A stretch of 64,000 nt of DNA from Tubiluchus corallicola (lineage: Eukaryota; Animalia; Priapulida), in contig JAQGDQ010000783.1 of NCBI GenBank assembly GCA_030141605.1, forward strand, positions 1-64,000, written 5' to 3'. The notes under the pieces are model-generated. The model worked only from the letters and a program-made list of their open reading frames with translations, ran no database searches and was not told where the DNA came from. The translations under genes were made by a program, and so were the position numbers. Shown here one piece after another: positions 1 through 13,960 of the stretch (position 1 is its first letter; the number at the start of each line of letters is the position of its first letter).

Positions 1-951
1 TTTGAAGTCAGATTTGTAAAATTATTTATGTCATGTATTAATAACAGCAATACTCTTGTGAACTTTTTTGTGAGAAATGCAGCATATTCTGTGCAGTCGA
101 CATTGGGTTGCAATCTACAATTTTTTTAATGTAAATATAATGGTAACTATGACAAATGTGATTATTTAAGAAACCAATCGATAGAACAGAGATGGGTAAG
201 TAAGAAAGCTACAGAACCTACACAAGCTCAAAGCTTCAATCTTTCATTGTTAAAGATGTTTTAAATGACTTAACCTGAAGCAACTTTTCTTATTTAGAAA
301 ATATACAAATCAATAACATTCTACAATATTTATGTTGCGAATAATTTGTTATTCTGTGATGTAAAATCAAACTCAATATCGCATTATGTATGTTATTTAA
401 TGGCACATTTTAATTGAGTTTTTCTAACCACTAACCAGCATTGTTTTATTTATTTATTTATTTTTGCAGCGAAATGAAAGAAGGTTTTGTATTTACAACA
501 ACTCGAAATAAATCGTGTATGTACATATGTGATATAATCAGTGCTACATTACAAAAATTTGATGGTGGTTTAATTTTTTTGACGTGAACTAACAAACTCC
601 GAGTAAGAAAGTAAATTTGACCAAAACGCAGAAAATGCAAAAAGCATGGTTAAATACTAGCCCAGAAAATCAAGCACCAATCTCAATAAGCAAGTCAGAA
701 ATAAAAATGCTGTAGAAAAATTGTCATTTCTCAATGTTCACCATATCATAAAAGTTTGGTGGTCAGTTAGTAAAAAAAACCTCCCGATGAAAGGCAACAC
801 AACCATAGATCATTGGAAAAATCAAATGATTTAAAAAATTACATGAAGACCTTCATTTTCTGTGAAATGCAGTAAAATGAAATGTATGATTGTGTGATGC
901 AGTTTTTAGACAATGTGAGAAACTATTCTTTAATTATTTTTTATGATGCAG

Positions 952-1123
952 ATTACGCAGTGTGCCCCAGATAGAAATAGCAACTTCTATATGTGGTGAC
1001 GATCCTACATACGTGACATATGGGCTCACAATGATAAAATCTATCCTCGTTTTTACCACAACTCCAGTGAGGGTACATGTATTTATGGACACGCCGCAAA
1101 CGAAAGCCTTAGTTGAAAACAAT
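952..1123 (+). CDS. GXYLT: GXYLT-like (GT8 glucoside xylosyltransferase) internal exon A; upstream exon(s) not identified
   Basis: Acceptor ttttatgatgcag|952 (alternative cag|961), donor aat|gtgagt. Peptide IEIATSICGDD..TMIKSILVFT..VHVF resembles GXYLT 'HLAVVACGxR..TMLKSAxxFS..FHIF'. Confidence 0.8.
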
Positions 1124-1999
1124 GTGAGTAAATTAGATTATGTTTAATTTTAAAATTGCAAAATGTGGAACCTGATAAATGAAATAACGAGAAGCTGTTA
1201 TTGCAGTATGTAAAAAATGCTGAGATTTTTTATTTTTAAATTTTTGCAGTGATGTAAAATGTGGCATCTTTTGTTTTTCTTCTGGTGTATTTTACCCAGT
1301 TAAATTTAGGTGTTTGCAGATTTGTAACTAATTAACTAGCTTTGTTTGCAAAATTTTACATACTTCAAATATTAGGTTCAAATCCCACTTAAAGCTTGTC
1401 AAGCATAAAAGTATTTGCAATCATGGTCAAGTATGTTGAAAAACATTTTTAATTTTACAAACAAAATCTCTTGTATAAAGCATCTCCTGTCACAGAAACA
1501 GAATTTTACCTCAATTTTTGACATCCACTCGTCCACTCGTCCAAACGTCCACTTGTTTTTCAGATCTATACTAACAATAAACATTTTTTCTTTTCATTTT
1601 TTTCAAATTTTGCTTCTCTGTTCATAACAGGTTCAACACGAATTACAAACCTTTCAGGTACCCTCATATACAGCATGATTACAAACCGTGTAGCCATTGC
1701 CTGATTTAAACGATCATCATTCAATATTTCAACAAAGTGATTTATTGCTTTCCCTCTGCACACAGCAATCTCCTTATAGTTGCTGTGCGGATAAGGACTG
1801 TTGGGAACGGCACGAATTCAACAATCCATAGTGGAATAACAAACAATGACAAATTTCCTTTTCAACAAATAATTTAAAAAAGCAACAACTGTTTATTATA
1901 TAATCACAAATTTGACAAAAATAAACCGAAGACAGAAAACACCAGCACACTCCATCATCTCGTCTGTTAAGCTAGAACAAAAAAATTCCACGCGCCAAA

Positions 2000-2390
2000 T
2001 GCTCATAACCAACTAAGAACTTTCTTGGTGTCATGTGCCTCGCGTTCGCGACAGGGACAGCAATTACATACATCAGAAATGTAGTGTGGCCAAAAACATC
2101 TTTTCTCACTTTGTGATAAAGTTAAAAATAACAGAATTATCGAGGCAAAACTAGAAAAAAATTTACTCAGTGACTTAGGCATATTTGATTCAGAAACAGA
2201 AGTTGAACTTATGCAGACAGTTTTAGTTTGAATGTGCCAAACTGATGACTCTAATAATTCTAAATCACGCCGTACAGTTAGAGGTTTGATAGATACAGGT
2301 AGTAATGGCACATACATATTAAAGTCATTAGCAAAAGAGATAAATCTGGAATTGAAAAAATCCTAGTTATGTGAATGTTTTGGTTTTATA
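2000..2390 (+). mobile_element. BEL/Pao LTR-retrotransposon aspartic protease remnant in a GXYLT intron
   Basis: + strand reads VELMQTVLV*..RRTVRGLIDTGSNGTYILKSLAKEINL (DTGS protease motif at about 2292), with stops. Confidence 0.65.
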
Positions 2391-2399
2391 TACACCCAT

Positions 2400-2910
2400 A
2401 TACCGCCGAAATTAATATATAGACTAGCCGAGCCCCACAAAAGAAATTTGTGCATAAACTCACAACAACAACCCTACACTATACCTCCTATGTCATACCA
2501 CAACACAACACCACAACACATCACCCACCCATACCACACCACCCACGCCCTATTATCCCACCGCATTATCCTCACCACCTCATCCACACTACACCACTTC
2601 CACTTCATCACCAACATCACTCCACTAACACATACACGTACACATACACATTTCTACATTGTTTTGTTTGCTGCTTCTCAGATGATAGGATAATAGAACT
2701 TACTTAAATGTAAAATCTATAACACTATAGAACGACGGGTGAAGAAAATGCATAATTTCTCAAACTTAAGAACAATTTGGATGTTCTAAATAGCGTGCAG
2801 CGCAGGGGGGGGGGGCAGATAAAGAACTTTGAAGGACACGCCTTCTGCTTCGTCCAATATACATCTCTCCTAGGGAAACCACCAGTACTTTGTAGACCTT
2901 TTTAGACCTA
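2400..2910 (+). mobile_element. Non-autonomous repeat with CAC-rich low-complexity core (same family as 27140-27930)
   Basis: CAC/CAA-rich tract 2450-2650 followed by catttctacattgttttgtttgctgc, similar to the reverse complement near 27450 (cattctacatagtgtttgtaaactgc). Confidence 0.5.
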
Positions 2911-3552
2911 CGTACAGGATCAATGCTTTTTTTCTCTTTTGTTGCGTGCTCATGTAAACAGTTGTTATAGTATGCGTTCTAAATCAAAGACCTTTGCTAA
3001 GAATTTGTTTCCTAAATCGATATTCTTGATTTAAATCCATGCTGTTGGTAGTTCAGGTTATGGCAGCCAAGAGGACATTGGCTGAAATTTGGCTTACTGC
3101 TGTTGCAAATTTTTGTAGAGTTTGCAAAAATAGGCGCAAAACGGTGTAGAAAAGCAAATGTCAAAAAGAAATTTAGAGAAAAACCAGCTTGTAAACTTGT
3201 TCTCCTTCTGGTTCTGTTCATATTGGTCGCGCCATGGAATAGTTATAGAGGTAACGAAGGGGAGCTTGCTCGTGCTGCTACTGACTCATGCAACCCCTTT
3301 GGGCTAGGCTGTTTATAGATGCTAGTGTACCCAGGTTGTAAGTAATGGACAAAACCACTTCGATACGAAACTGAGTACATGAAAATCTAGGTCCATGTCA
3401 ATGGATTCAGAAGTGAAAATAAATTCTTGCACTGCCGTAATAAATTATGTTATTATTATTTCAACAATAAATTATTACAATGCCTCTAGCACCTTCAAAC
3501 AGAGCATCATGCATTCTTTTCTTGTTTTTTTAAGTTTTCATTCATTTTTCAG

Positions 3553-3681
3553 CTTACTAGTTGGGCAAAGATGAAGTCGAATTTTAATTTTCTTATCCAC
3601 GATGCGGCTTTTCCTGTTCAAAATGCGACAGAATGGAAACAGATGTACAGAAAATGTTCTACTTTGCGTTTATTTTTACCG
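3553..3681 (+). CDS. GXYLT: GXYLT-like exon B (absent from the ORF track)
   Basis: tttttcag|CTT...CCG|gtaagg, 129 nt, phase 0/0. LTSWAK..FPVQNATEWKQMYRKCSTLRLFLP matches GXYLT 'FPxENAxEWKKLFKPCASQRLFLP'. Confidence 0.9.
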
Positions 3682-4249
3682 GTAAGGAGGATTATTGATT
3701 TAATTTTGCTGAAATTTAGCCAATAATGTTAAAACTCAGGACATGATATTGTAAAAATATTGCAAGCATGTTATTGTTAAGTGAATTCAACTTGTTAATT
3801 CAATATCTAAAATTATTAATTAATAACATAGCACGGTACATAGAAAAATAGTGCATCTGGCATGGCTGTCGGCGCTAACTTGGGAAAGGTAATAGCGGAA
3901 TTTTATTCCTATGTTGGCCATACAAGCCAACATTTTGCACCCAGATGGGCTCAGCATTGTAGAACGACACACATATCTCATAGGTACCATGGTGGGCCAG
4001 TATTTGAAGCAAACTGAATTAACATCCTAGCCAATAGGCATGTTTATGGTGATTTCTCAGTACTAGAATTACCCATAAAACACATTGGGCCTAAGTTAAA
4101 CAGCAAAGATGAGTATGTGCACTCTTTACTACTGAAATGTACTTCAGCACAACAGTACTACAGCTTTTGTGGAATTCACTGACAAAATGGCAGCGCCCTA
4201 AAATTGACAACTCTGTTACTACTAATATGTTTTGTTTGTGGAGTGTTAA

Positions 4250-5957
4250 ACAAATACCCAGTACTGATTCTTCTTTTTTTCAACTTGTGAAGTTAGTGTT
4301 TTTAGTTACTTGGAATGCCCAGTGCTGATTGTTTTTTTGAACTTGCAAAGTTAACCCATGTAGTTACTTGGAATACCCTTTGCTGGTTCTTCTTTTTTTG
4401 AACTTGTGAAGTTAGTGTGTTTAGTTACTTGGAATGCCCAGTACTGATTGTTCTTTTTTTTAACTTGTGAAGTTATTGTGTTTAGTTAATTGGAATACCC
4501 AGTACTGATTGTTCTTTTTTTAACTTGTGAAGTTAGTGTGTTTAGTTACTTGGAATGCCCAGTACTGATTGTTCTTTTTTTAACTTGCGAAGTTATTGTG
4601 TTTAGTTAATTGGAATACCCAGCACTGATTCTTCTTTTTTTTGAACATGTGAAGTTAATGTGTGTAGTTACTTGGAATACCCAGTACTGATTCTTGTTTT
4701 TTTTCAACTCGTGAAGTTAGTGTGTTTAGTTAATTGCAATACCCAGTACTGATTCTTCTTTTTTTAACTTGTGAAGTTAGTGTGTTTAGTTACTTGCAAT
4801 ACCCAGTACTGATTCTTCTTTTTTTAACTTGCGAAGTTAGTGTGTGTAGTTAATTGGAATACCCAGTACTGATTCTTGTTTTTTTTTAACTTGCGAAGTA
4901 AGTGTGTGTAGTTAATTGGAATACCCAGTACTGATTCTTGTTTTTTTTCAACTTGTGAAGTTAGTGTAATTAGTTACTTGCAATACCCAGTGCTGATTCT
5001 TGTTTTTTTTCAACTTGTGAAGTTAGTGTAATTAGTTACTTGCAATACCCAGTACTGATTCTTCTTTTGAACTTGTGAAGTTAGTGTGTTTAGTTACTTG
5101 CAATACCCAGTACTGATTTTTCTTTTTTTAACTTGTGAAGTTAGTGTGTTTAGTTAATTGCAATACCCAGTACTGATTCTTCTTTTTTCAACTTGTGAAG
5201 TTAGTGTGTTTAGTTACTTGGAATACTCAGTACTGATTCTTCTTTTTTAACTTGTGAAGTTATTGTGTTTAGTTACTTGGAATACTCAGTACTGATTCTT
5301 CTTTTTTTGAACTTGTGAAGTTAGTGTGTTTAGTTAATTGCAATACCCAGTACTGATTCTTCTTTTTTTGAACTTGTGAAGTTAGTGTGTTTAGTTACTT
5401 GGAATGCCCAGCACTGATTTTTCTTTTTTTAACTTGTGAAGTTATTGTGTTTAGTTACTTGGAATACCCAGCACTGATTTTTCTTTTTTTAACTTGTGAA
5501 GTTATTGTGTTTAGTTACTTGGAATACTCAGTACTGATTCTTCTTTTTTTGAACTTGTGAAGTTAGTGTGTTTAGTTAGTTGCAATACCCAGTACTGATT
5601 CTTCTTTTTTGAACTTGTGAAGTTATTGTGCGTAGTTAATTGGAATACCCAGTACTGATTCTTGTTTTTTTCAACTTGTGAAGTTAGTGTGTTTAGTTAC
5701 TTGGAATACCCAGCACTGATTTTTCTTTTTTTAACTTGTGAAGTTATTGTGTTTAGTTACTTGGAATACTCAGCACTGATTTTTCTTTTTTTAACTTGTG
5801 AATTTATTGCGTTTAGTTGCTTGGAATATTCAGTACTGATTCTTCTTTTTTTGAACTTGTGAAGTTAATGTGTGTAGTTAATTGCAATACCCAGTACTGA
5901 TTCTTCTTTTTTTGAACTTGTGAAGTTAGTGTGTTTAGGTACTTGCAATACCCAGTA
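4250..5957. repeat. Intronic minisatellite, unit of about 60-61 bp, about 28 copies
   Basis: Unit aatacccagtactgattcttctttttttaacttgtgaagttagtgtgtttagttacttgg repeated head-to-tail with variable T-run length. Confidence 0.95.
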
Positions 5958-5959
5958 TA

Positions 5960-6660
5960 TTACCGGAAATATTAATCCCTGGTTACCAAGTCCCTTTCCG
6001 TAAAAGATCGTAATGGCTTGGGAGTGGGATAGCTTTTTACGCATCGGTTTGAATTCATGTGCTTTGAAATTAATCTTACCAACTTAGTTTTATATATGTG
6101 TGTCTGTTATCGATCTCCTACTCAAGTTGCTCTTACCGAGGATGAGTTTACAAATCAGTTACAATTGTTTCACGATATGCTAATTAGCAGCTTATCAAAT
6201 GTTCGCTATGCAATAATATATACAGGTGATTTTAAGGCCAAGTGAGTATGATACCCTCCTGATGGGGAAAATCGTTTTGGTCTAGCTCTGTGATTGACTT
6301 TATTTTAACTGATGCCACCGGTTTAATAACATCGAGCGGTTTCATGTCACCTATATATACAGCTGATCATAACTCTATTTATGGTAAAATGCTTATAATT
6401 TTTCCTACTGCAGCTTCCCACCAAAGAGAATTTTCTGTTATAATAGAGCAGACTGCTGTGGTTTAAATCAAGCTATTCATGCTTCTGATTGGAATTTACT
6501 TTTTGCAAATGAAACTGTTAATTCTGTTTATTTTGATTTGATTGATGACTATGTGCCACAAAGAACCATAACCATTTGGCCTTGCGACAAGTTGCGGATG
6601 AACAGCTACGTCAGAAAATTAAGAAACTCTACAGAAAAATCTCATAAATACTACAAATCT
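5960..6660 (+). mobile_element. Degenerate LINE (CR1/L2-like) endonuclease fragment
   Basis: VCYRSP...IIYTGDFKAK and a downstream DH motif of APE-type endonuclease; many stops. Confidence 0.6.
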
Positions 6661-6881
6661 TCAATATATTCTGTTTAAACCAAACTGCAAATGTATTCTT
6701 TCCCTCTCTCTTCTCTTTCCCTCGTAAACGTGATTTTTGGATTCAAATTCAACTGTCAATTTAGACTTTCAGAGAGCGTAGTTGAAGCGAAATACTAAAA
6801 AAATTGGCTTTTAATTTTGCCTAAGATGTAATGAGTACTCCGCAAAAGCTTTTGTCTGTAGTTTTCACATATAACTTACAG

Positions 6882-7068
6882 TATTTGTTACCTGATCTGG
6901 ATTCATGCACCTACATCGATTCGGATGTTTTGGTTCTGACAGAACTTGATGGACTTCCCGCACACTTTAAGCTGATGAAACCATCACAGGTTGCTGCTCT
7001 TGCCAAAGATCATGAAGCATTCGGATGGTATGCTAACAACTCCAAACATCCTATTTATGGCGAAGGAG
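6882..7068 (+). CDS. GXYLT: GXYLT-like exon C (DxD motif)
   Basis: ttacag|TAT...G|gtatgt. YLLPDLDSCTYIDSDVL (DxD) and GWYANNSKHPIYGEG (cf. GWYNRFARHPYYG). Confidence 0.9.
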
Positions 7069-9435
7069 GTATGTGTTAACGCGCACTTTTATACATGTTG
7101 AAATTATGTAAGCAGGGTTATAGATCAGTTGGTCATGATCGTGATTTAATTAATGTATTTCAAGTTTGATTGCTTTGCTGCACATTGTGCCGACTATATT
7201 TGTAGTCCTGCTGTAAATAAAACAGCAAAATATAATAAATATAGCATGGCATAATCGTTGTGCGACTAAAATATTATGCCTGTATCAGGAAAAAAGAAAT
7301 TTGGTATTATATGATCATGGTTAACAACAAATTATTTCACTTTTTAACTGCTTTGTCACTCCTGTATTGAACTTTGAAGATTACGGAGTAAGCAAATAAA
7401 TAAATATTAATGCAGCTGCAACACTGTTGGGTATGACGCTATTTTAGCTATATAAGCTATTACGAGAACCCAAAAGATGCAGCTTAATCTAACTGTACCT
7501 ATTACATAAGTAAGTGCACTTAATAGGGCAAGGTGGAGCTAGACTCCTGTGGCAAGCAGAAATTTGCCATGGCTATTTAGACATGGCGAGGTAGATTAAG
7601 TGTCCGAGATAGGAACCAAAATGTGAAAAATAGGGCAAACGTGTCACTAAACTGTTCTTACAGTATTGTCATTTAAGCGTGCATTTATACACCCATTTCA
7701 CGTTTAGTTCATATATTAATCGCATTTTTTCATAATTGCAAAATGCAAGCAACTATATCTACTTTTGTAGCAGAAGAATGTACAGTATTTCGTGCTTTCT
7801 ACTATTGCAGCTGTTACATAGTTGCCAAGGTAAACAATTTTCACATCATTACTATAGCAATTGCAGCCTTTCCTGTATATTAAGGTTTATTGTGCAGTCG
7901 TATTATCAAGGTTCCCAAGTTTGCTTTTTCAATGAAACCTTGTTATCAATTCTGTTATCAATACTGGTTGTTAAGATTCTGAATGGGACGATTACCCGAG
8001 CCGAGGCAAGTTGTTATTTTACATATCATTAGATTTTGAGAATTTAATCTAATGCAAATGTAAAAATGATTATTATTTATCACACAAATGTGAGAAAATT
8101 AAGCTAGTAAAGCGTAAAAGTCATGTGTGTTTCATAATTCTGGTAAAAATTTAATTGGATGCACGTGCATTTCTGCCGAATTCGGCCATGATTTGCCAAG
8201 AAAAGTGATCCAATGTACAATTGTAATAATCACATGATTAATAATTTGCAATAATTGTAATAATCACATAACAATAATTTTATGAGTAACTTGTGTGATG
8301 TACGTATTAGAACATTTAAGTTAACCTAATTTTTTGGTTTTAGCTTTACCACAAGCCCACTCTCAGTAACCGCTGCTGTTGGAATTTTATATAATGGTGT
8401 TGAAAACAGCGTAGTCTATAGATAACAATTTACAATAGCAATAAAATACCTTCGGAAAAATGTATAGTGTATCAGTAACTATATATTTGATTATGGGGGG
8501 CTTTTCTGAGGAATTAAGGCAGTGCCTCCTGATTGACTATTTAATTTTTTCTGCTACTATCCACATAATCACTTTGATGCACTGCACAGTATTAACAAAT
8601 TTATCTCTCAAACATGTGAGTACAGCATTGTGTAGCATCATCCTTCCCATGCTCAAATTTGTACATTTCCAGGAGCTCATCTTTGCCTAAAATTCAACGG
8701 ATTTAAAGAAAATTCCCCCAGGCCAATTCATGGGGGATTTTTCTAACTTACTAATTCAGAAATAACAAAAAGCTTTTGTGTTACAATTAATTTTCACTGG
8801 TTTGAAGAAATCGAAAAACTTGAAATTTGTTTTTAAAATTTTATTCTGAAGTGTCTATACAATCAGCGAAGCAGTGTCATGTTGAAAAGCAGAAAACCAA
8901 GTCACCAAAATTACAGGTGAAATCAACAAGGTGTGAAAACAGGTTTAGAGATTATGCATTCATAAAGACTGTAGTAGTAAAGTAAAAGGAACTATTTAAC
9001 AATTTTAACAAGAATACAAGAAGGTGGCAGCACTATGCAAAAGTTAAAAAAGTATGATGAAAGTACAATATAAATTTTAATGTAGAATAATTAAAACCAT
9101 TTTTTTCTGTCCACCCACATATCGAAATTTTAGCATTATTCCTCCACGCCTATGAAATTCAAAAAAAGACTAAGATGCTCTATAAGTGGGAGTTCTGAAA
9201 CCTACAGCATGAGCGATTCTGTATGGAAAAGAACACTGATATTGTGACGTCTACATCCTTTAGCAACTTCATATGACAAAGATGACAAAATCTTCAGTTT
9301 CTGACACAGTAAGATACGACAGCCAATTACTTACCCGTGATTCAAGATTAGGAAAACTGATATCAGCGAAGCAAGAAAAATATAACCGAAGTGAATTTTT
9401 TGTAGTATGAGTGATATTTTTCCAATACTTTTCAG

Positions 9436-9585
9436 GCGTAAATGGCGGAATATTTTTAATGAATTTGACTCGCCTTCGTCAGGTAGATTGGCTAAACGAA
9501 ATTAACAAAATTCATGAGAAGTATAGCGAAATGCTGATACGGGGAGATCAATGTGTGCTCAACATTTACTTTTCACTTAATCCAG
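9436..9585 (+). CDS. GXYLT: GXYLT-like exon D
   Basis: ttttcag|GC, phase matches exon C. GVNGGIFLMNLTRLR and GDQCVLNIYF (GT8 motifs GVNSGVMLMN and GDQD). Donor G|gtgtgt. Confidence 0.9.
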
Positions 9586-10498
9586 GTGTGTAGAAGCAGT
9601 ATTTATTATTCTTATTATAAGAAAATGAATTCACTTTTATTTTCTTTGTTTTCCTTATAAGAAACGATTTTTTCAAAGAAACAAATACCTGTATCTTGCA
9701 AACCGATAACAATCCTTGTTTCTGGCTTCGTCGTTGCACTACACTAATCGTTGCACTACGCATTTTATTGAGAGCCAAAGCAAACCAGATAAAATGTTAT
9801 CATGCGCTGTCCTCTTTGCCTCTGTACCTCTCAGAATGCCATGACTCAGAACACCGTACTAAGATGCCTGATCCATTTGGTACTGGTGCTGTGCATCCCA
9901 AGTAATTCGCTGTTAACAATGCTCAATTTTGACCTTGATACATATTGTGCATGCCTATGATTTGATACATTTCTTGCAGAGTTTTGATTCTGCTGTTGCT
10001 TCAATGCATGTAATTATTTATTGTATTGAAACTCTATTGTTCTTGTTTCAAGGTGGGAGGATGTGGAAGTTCGTATTTGTACATTGCAGTAAGATGCTGC
10101 CATCTAGGTGCTAATCTTTGATGGAAATTCTAGTAGCCGACTTACCTAAAGTATAATTGTATGGTTCAGTGACTGCGTGCATACTGGTCCTCTCACTATT
10201 TTATATTAATGGTTGTTGTGAAGTCTGGGCAAGTTTGCATACGCCTACGTCAATTCCTGAATTCTGGTATTGACGAAACAGTTTTACTGACTGGTTTTTA
10301 TTCTAGTTTTGCTAAATGTTAAATCCAGCAGTTTTCTACTCACGTTTGTGTAGTAAAAAAACATTTTTGTGTGAAATGCAAAGATTTATTGTTGCTGTTT
10401 TGTTCTTATCCATATTTTTCTGTGTTTGTCTAAGCTCAAGCATATTAAGGTGATTCAATAACAACTATAAAAGTGACTTTGACTTTGAGATAAAGAAG

Positions 10499-10984
<486 letters not shown>

Positions 10985-11261
10985 AATAAATAAATAATAA
11001 ACACTCACGAACTCATGCAGTGAGGCTGGCACACATTAAGAAAGGCAGCATGAACTACGAATATGCTTACAACTATAAGCAAACAGTTTATTAATTAAAA
11101 TATAAGGCTCTGAAAATTGTCAACTAGGATTTGAACCAAGCTATCATGCATTTGACGCCATGTACTACCAGTCGCCATTGTATCAACATACTGCAATTGA
11201 TTTAACGAAACCTTATTACAATTCATGAGAACAAAACAGCTAAACTTTAATGCATTTTCAG

Positions 11262-11443
11262 AAAAGCTATTGCTAATACCCTGCAACTGGAATTTTGCCG
11301 TTGTCCATTGCTATAGTGACTCAAAATGTCTACAAGCCGTTAAGCATGGTGTTTCATTATTACATGGATATGGACAACAATTCCGTAGCACATTGTCCGA
11401 AAAAAAATCAGTTTTTAGAAGCCTTTTCTTGGCATATGTGGAA
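11262..11443 (+). CDS. GXYLT: GXYLT-like exon E
   Basis: ttttcag|AA...GAA|gtaagt. PCNWNF..HC..C..GVSLLHG (cf. PCQWNYRPDHC..GIxILHGNR). Confidence 0.9.
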
Positions 11444-11694
11444 GTAAGTTATTAATATTACACGATATAATTTTTAATTTGAATTCTGCCATATATCAAT
11501 GTTATTACAAAAACGTTTAATATTAGCTTAACATATTTTGCTGTTCCTAATGCTAACTTCTATAGAGGTTGAGGCTAGAGCATTTGGATCTTCATTTCTT
11601 TGGAAAGAAAGTTTTAGGCTAAATATTAAGTCTGCTGCGGAAATGCTGGCGACAGTAGTGGTAATGTATGAATGTAGTGCTGACTTAGGTAGCC

Positions 11695-11880
11695 CCCTGG
11701 GGTGCCCGACCCCCATAGAATTTTTTCTCCTTCAAATAGTGGGATTATTCCAAACCCTAATCCTAGCTCCAACCAAACGCTCTAACCCCAATGCTAGATC
11801 TTACCGTAACCCTAACCCTAACCCTAGCTCCAGCCATAACCCAAGCTCTCTAACAAAGAGTTAGAAATACTCTGTAGGAT
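11695..11880. repeat. MITE-like repeat carrying degenerate (CCCTAA)-type hexamers
   Basis: ggggtgcccgacccc hairpin followed by aaccctaatcctag...aaccctaaccctaaccctag. Confidence 0.45.
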
Positions 11881-12054
11881 AAAACGTATGTAAGTGGTGG
11901 AAAGTATGGTATTGCAGTGTGAATAACCTTGAAATGCTTCAGTTTGTTCTATTATATAGTTTAATCTTTCTCTATATAGAAATCCAATATATTTAGTTTG
12001 TCTGGTATTTTCCTATGCTTTTTTTCTTTTACCAATTATATATTTTTTTCGCAG

Positions 12055-12081
12055 ACAGTTTTATGGTTGAAGCATATGTAA
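12055..12081 (+). CDS. GXYLT: GXYLT-like probable terminal exon (TVLWLKHM*; frame stays open after the TAA to 12186)
   Basis: First strong acceptor after exon E (tatttttttcgcag|ACA), phase 0. Sequence support is weak. Confidence 0.45.
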   Translation, partial: TVLWLKHM

Positions 12082-12899
12082 TATGATGCTCCGTCTAAGT
12101 TGTTGGAGGAAAATTTAAAGAAAGAACAAGTCACACAATATGTTTTCTTTATTTTACTGTTATCTCATAAACTTAGAAAAATATAACAAAGAAATTTGCA
12201 AAAAAAGCCTATAAAGCATAAATCTAAGATACACTACCTCTGAATAGAAGTTTTCAGGCATGGTGGTTGCCACCATTGACTGAAAAATCATGAAGTAACT
12301 ACTGGAAGACTTCGTGACTTTTCGTAACCGCGCGCTGCTTAAACTGATTCGAACTTCTGCACAAAAATGTTACAAAATAGTTATATATTTTTCTGTGCAA
12401 AAATTGGTTATGCTTAATGAAGATTGACAGAGCTCTAATTTTTCAACACGAATGGTGTTACTAGTTATACGAGGCGCTCATTACTGAATCCTTCTACCAT
12501 TTTTCGTGAAAATTGAAATAAGTCAAACGTCCTAGAAGGTTTGGCATTTCCTTTAACAGTTGATAGCTATGACTAGTTCCTTGACCTTACCTGGGTTGGC
12601 ATTTGCTTATTCTATTCAACAGCATGTGTGAGTACTATGCTATTTAAATGCAAATAGTCATGTTGGTTTGATGATTTTTACATGATGATCAAATGCTTCT
12701 TACATCTTACTAAAAAAATTAATTTATAAGATATTTAATACAATGGCACATTGATTGATTACAAGTACATTGAATATGACTAAAAAGGAAATAAATAGCA
12801 GCACAGAAAATTTAGTAAAATTTAAGTATTAGTAGTTTTAAACTAGTATTAGTAGTTTAATAAAAGCAATGCCATAAACATTTACAATCGCAAAAAATA

Positions 12900-13530
12900 C
12901 AAGATTAGCTCAACCACAGAAAGCTTAAAATGGTGAGTTTTTAGACTTTTTTAAAATTATCAATTGACTTGGTCAGGCACAATTGTAGCGGCAACGAATT
13001 CCACAATTTGGGGACAGCAGAAGTAAATGATCTATGTGAATGACTAGTCTGGTAAGTGGGACTTCAAGATTACTTCTGTTTGTGCTAGATGTCAATGCTC
13101 TGAGAGGGACTTATAGTTTAAGAAGGTCTGATAACCAGGTCTGATAAGAAGGTCTGTAGAGACCAGACCATTGATTGCTTTGCGAATTATTTTAAATTTA
13201 ATTTTGTGCTCATTAGGCAACCAGTGCAGTTATCTGAGTATTGGAGTGATATGATCAAATATCCGACAGCGAGTGATTGACCTAACAGGTGAATTGTGGA
13301 CGTGTTGACTTTGGTAGAATAGAAGACCCTATAATAAACTATTGCAGTAATGCCTCGGGAACTAAAAAAAGCATGCACAAGAATTTCACAAGTATTTTTC
13401 CTGAGAAATGTTCTAATTTTTGATATATTTCGAAGATAAAAATTACAGGATTTACAAACACTGTTAACGTGAAAGGTCATTGATAGACAATCGTCCATAA
13501 TTACACCAAGGTTCCTGACACTACAAGATA
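12900..13530 (-). mobile_element. LINE (L2/CR1-like) reverse transcriptase C-terminal fragment
   Basis: DDCLSMTFHVNSVCKSCNFYLRNISKIRTFL..EILVHAF is the typical post-RT region; frameshifted. Confidence 0.75.
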
Positions 13531-13559
13531 TCTCGATACGATATATATCTGAAATCTAT

Positions 13560-13960
13560 ATCAGTATATATGTGCCTTGGCCAGTCTATTTCTGGAGCTT
13601 CTAGCCACCTTCTCGCTATTACAACCACCTTTATGGCAAAGTTCGTAATAGGGAGGGTGGAGGTGTCCTTGTTTACGTAAATGATTTTTACCTTGTAGGA
13701 AACGTGGTGATCTCTGCAGTGATTTAGAAATTATTTGACTGGAAGCTTTCCTAAAGCTAAAGCTTTGCTATTGTCACTATTTTGAACTCTTGTGGACTCT
13801 CGCAATTAATTGATGAATTAATTACACCTATTTTGTCTAATTTTCGGTCTTACCTAGATTTAATTTTGTCAAGTGTACCCAACTGGTTTACAACTACATT
13901 TGTGCTGACAACTGTTGTTGCATTTATAAACACTGTTCCTATGTCCCATGTGAAAACAGA
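13560..13960 (+). mobile_element. LINE endonuclease fragment
   Basis: RNREGGGVLVYV and GLSQLI..P..S.LDLIL motifs; degenerate. Confidence 0.55.

Noticed and set aside
4250-5957. Regular 60-bp periodicity resembling a CRISPR array
   Set aside because: The whole unit repeats with no unique spacers, there are no cas genes, and it lies in a eukaryotic intron.
11805-11826. Interstitial telomere
   Set aside because: Only about three CCCTAA units inside a MITE-like context.
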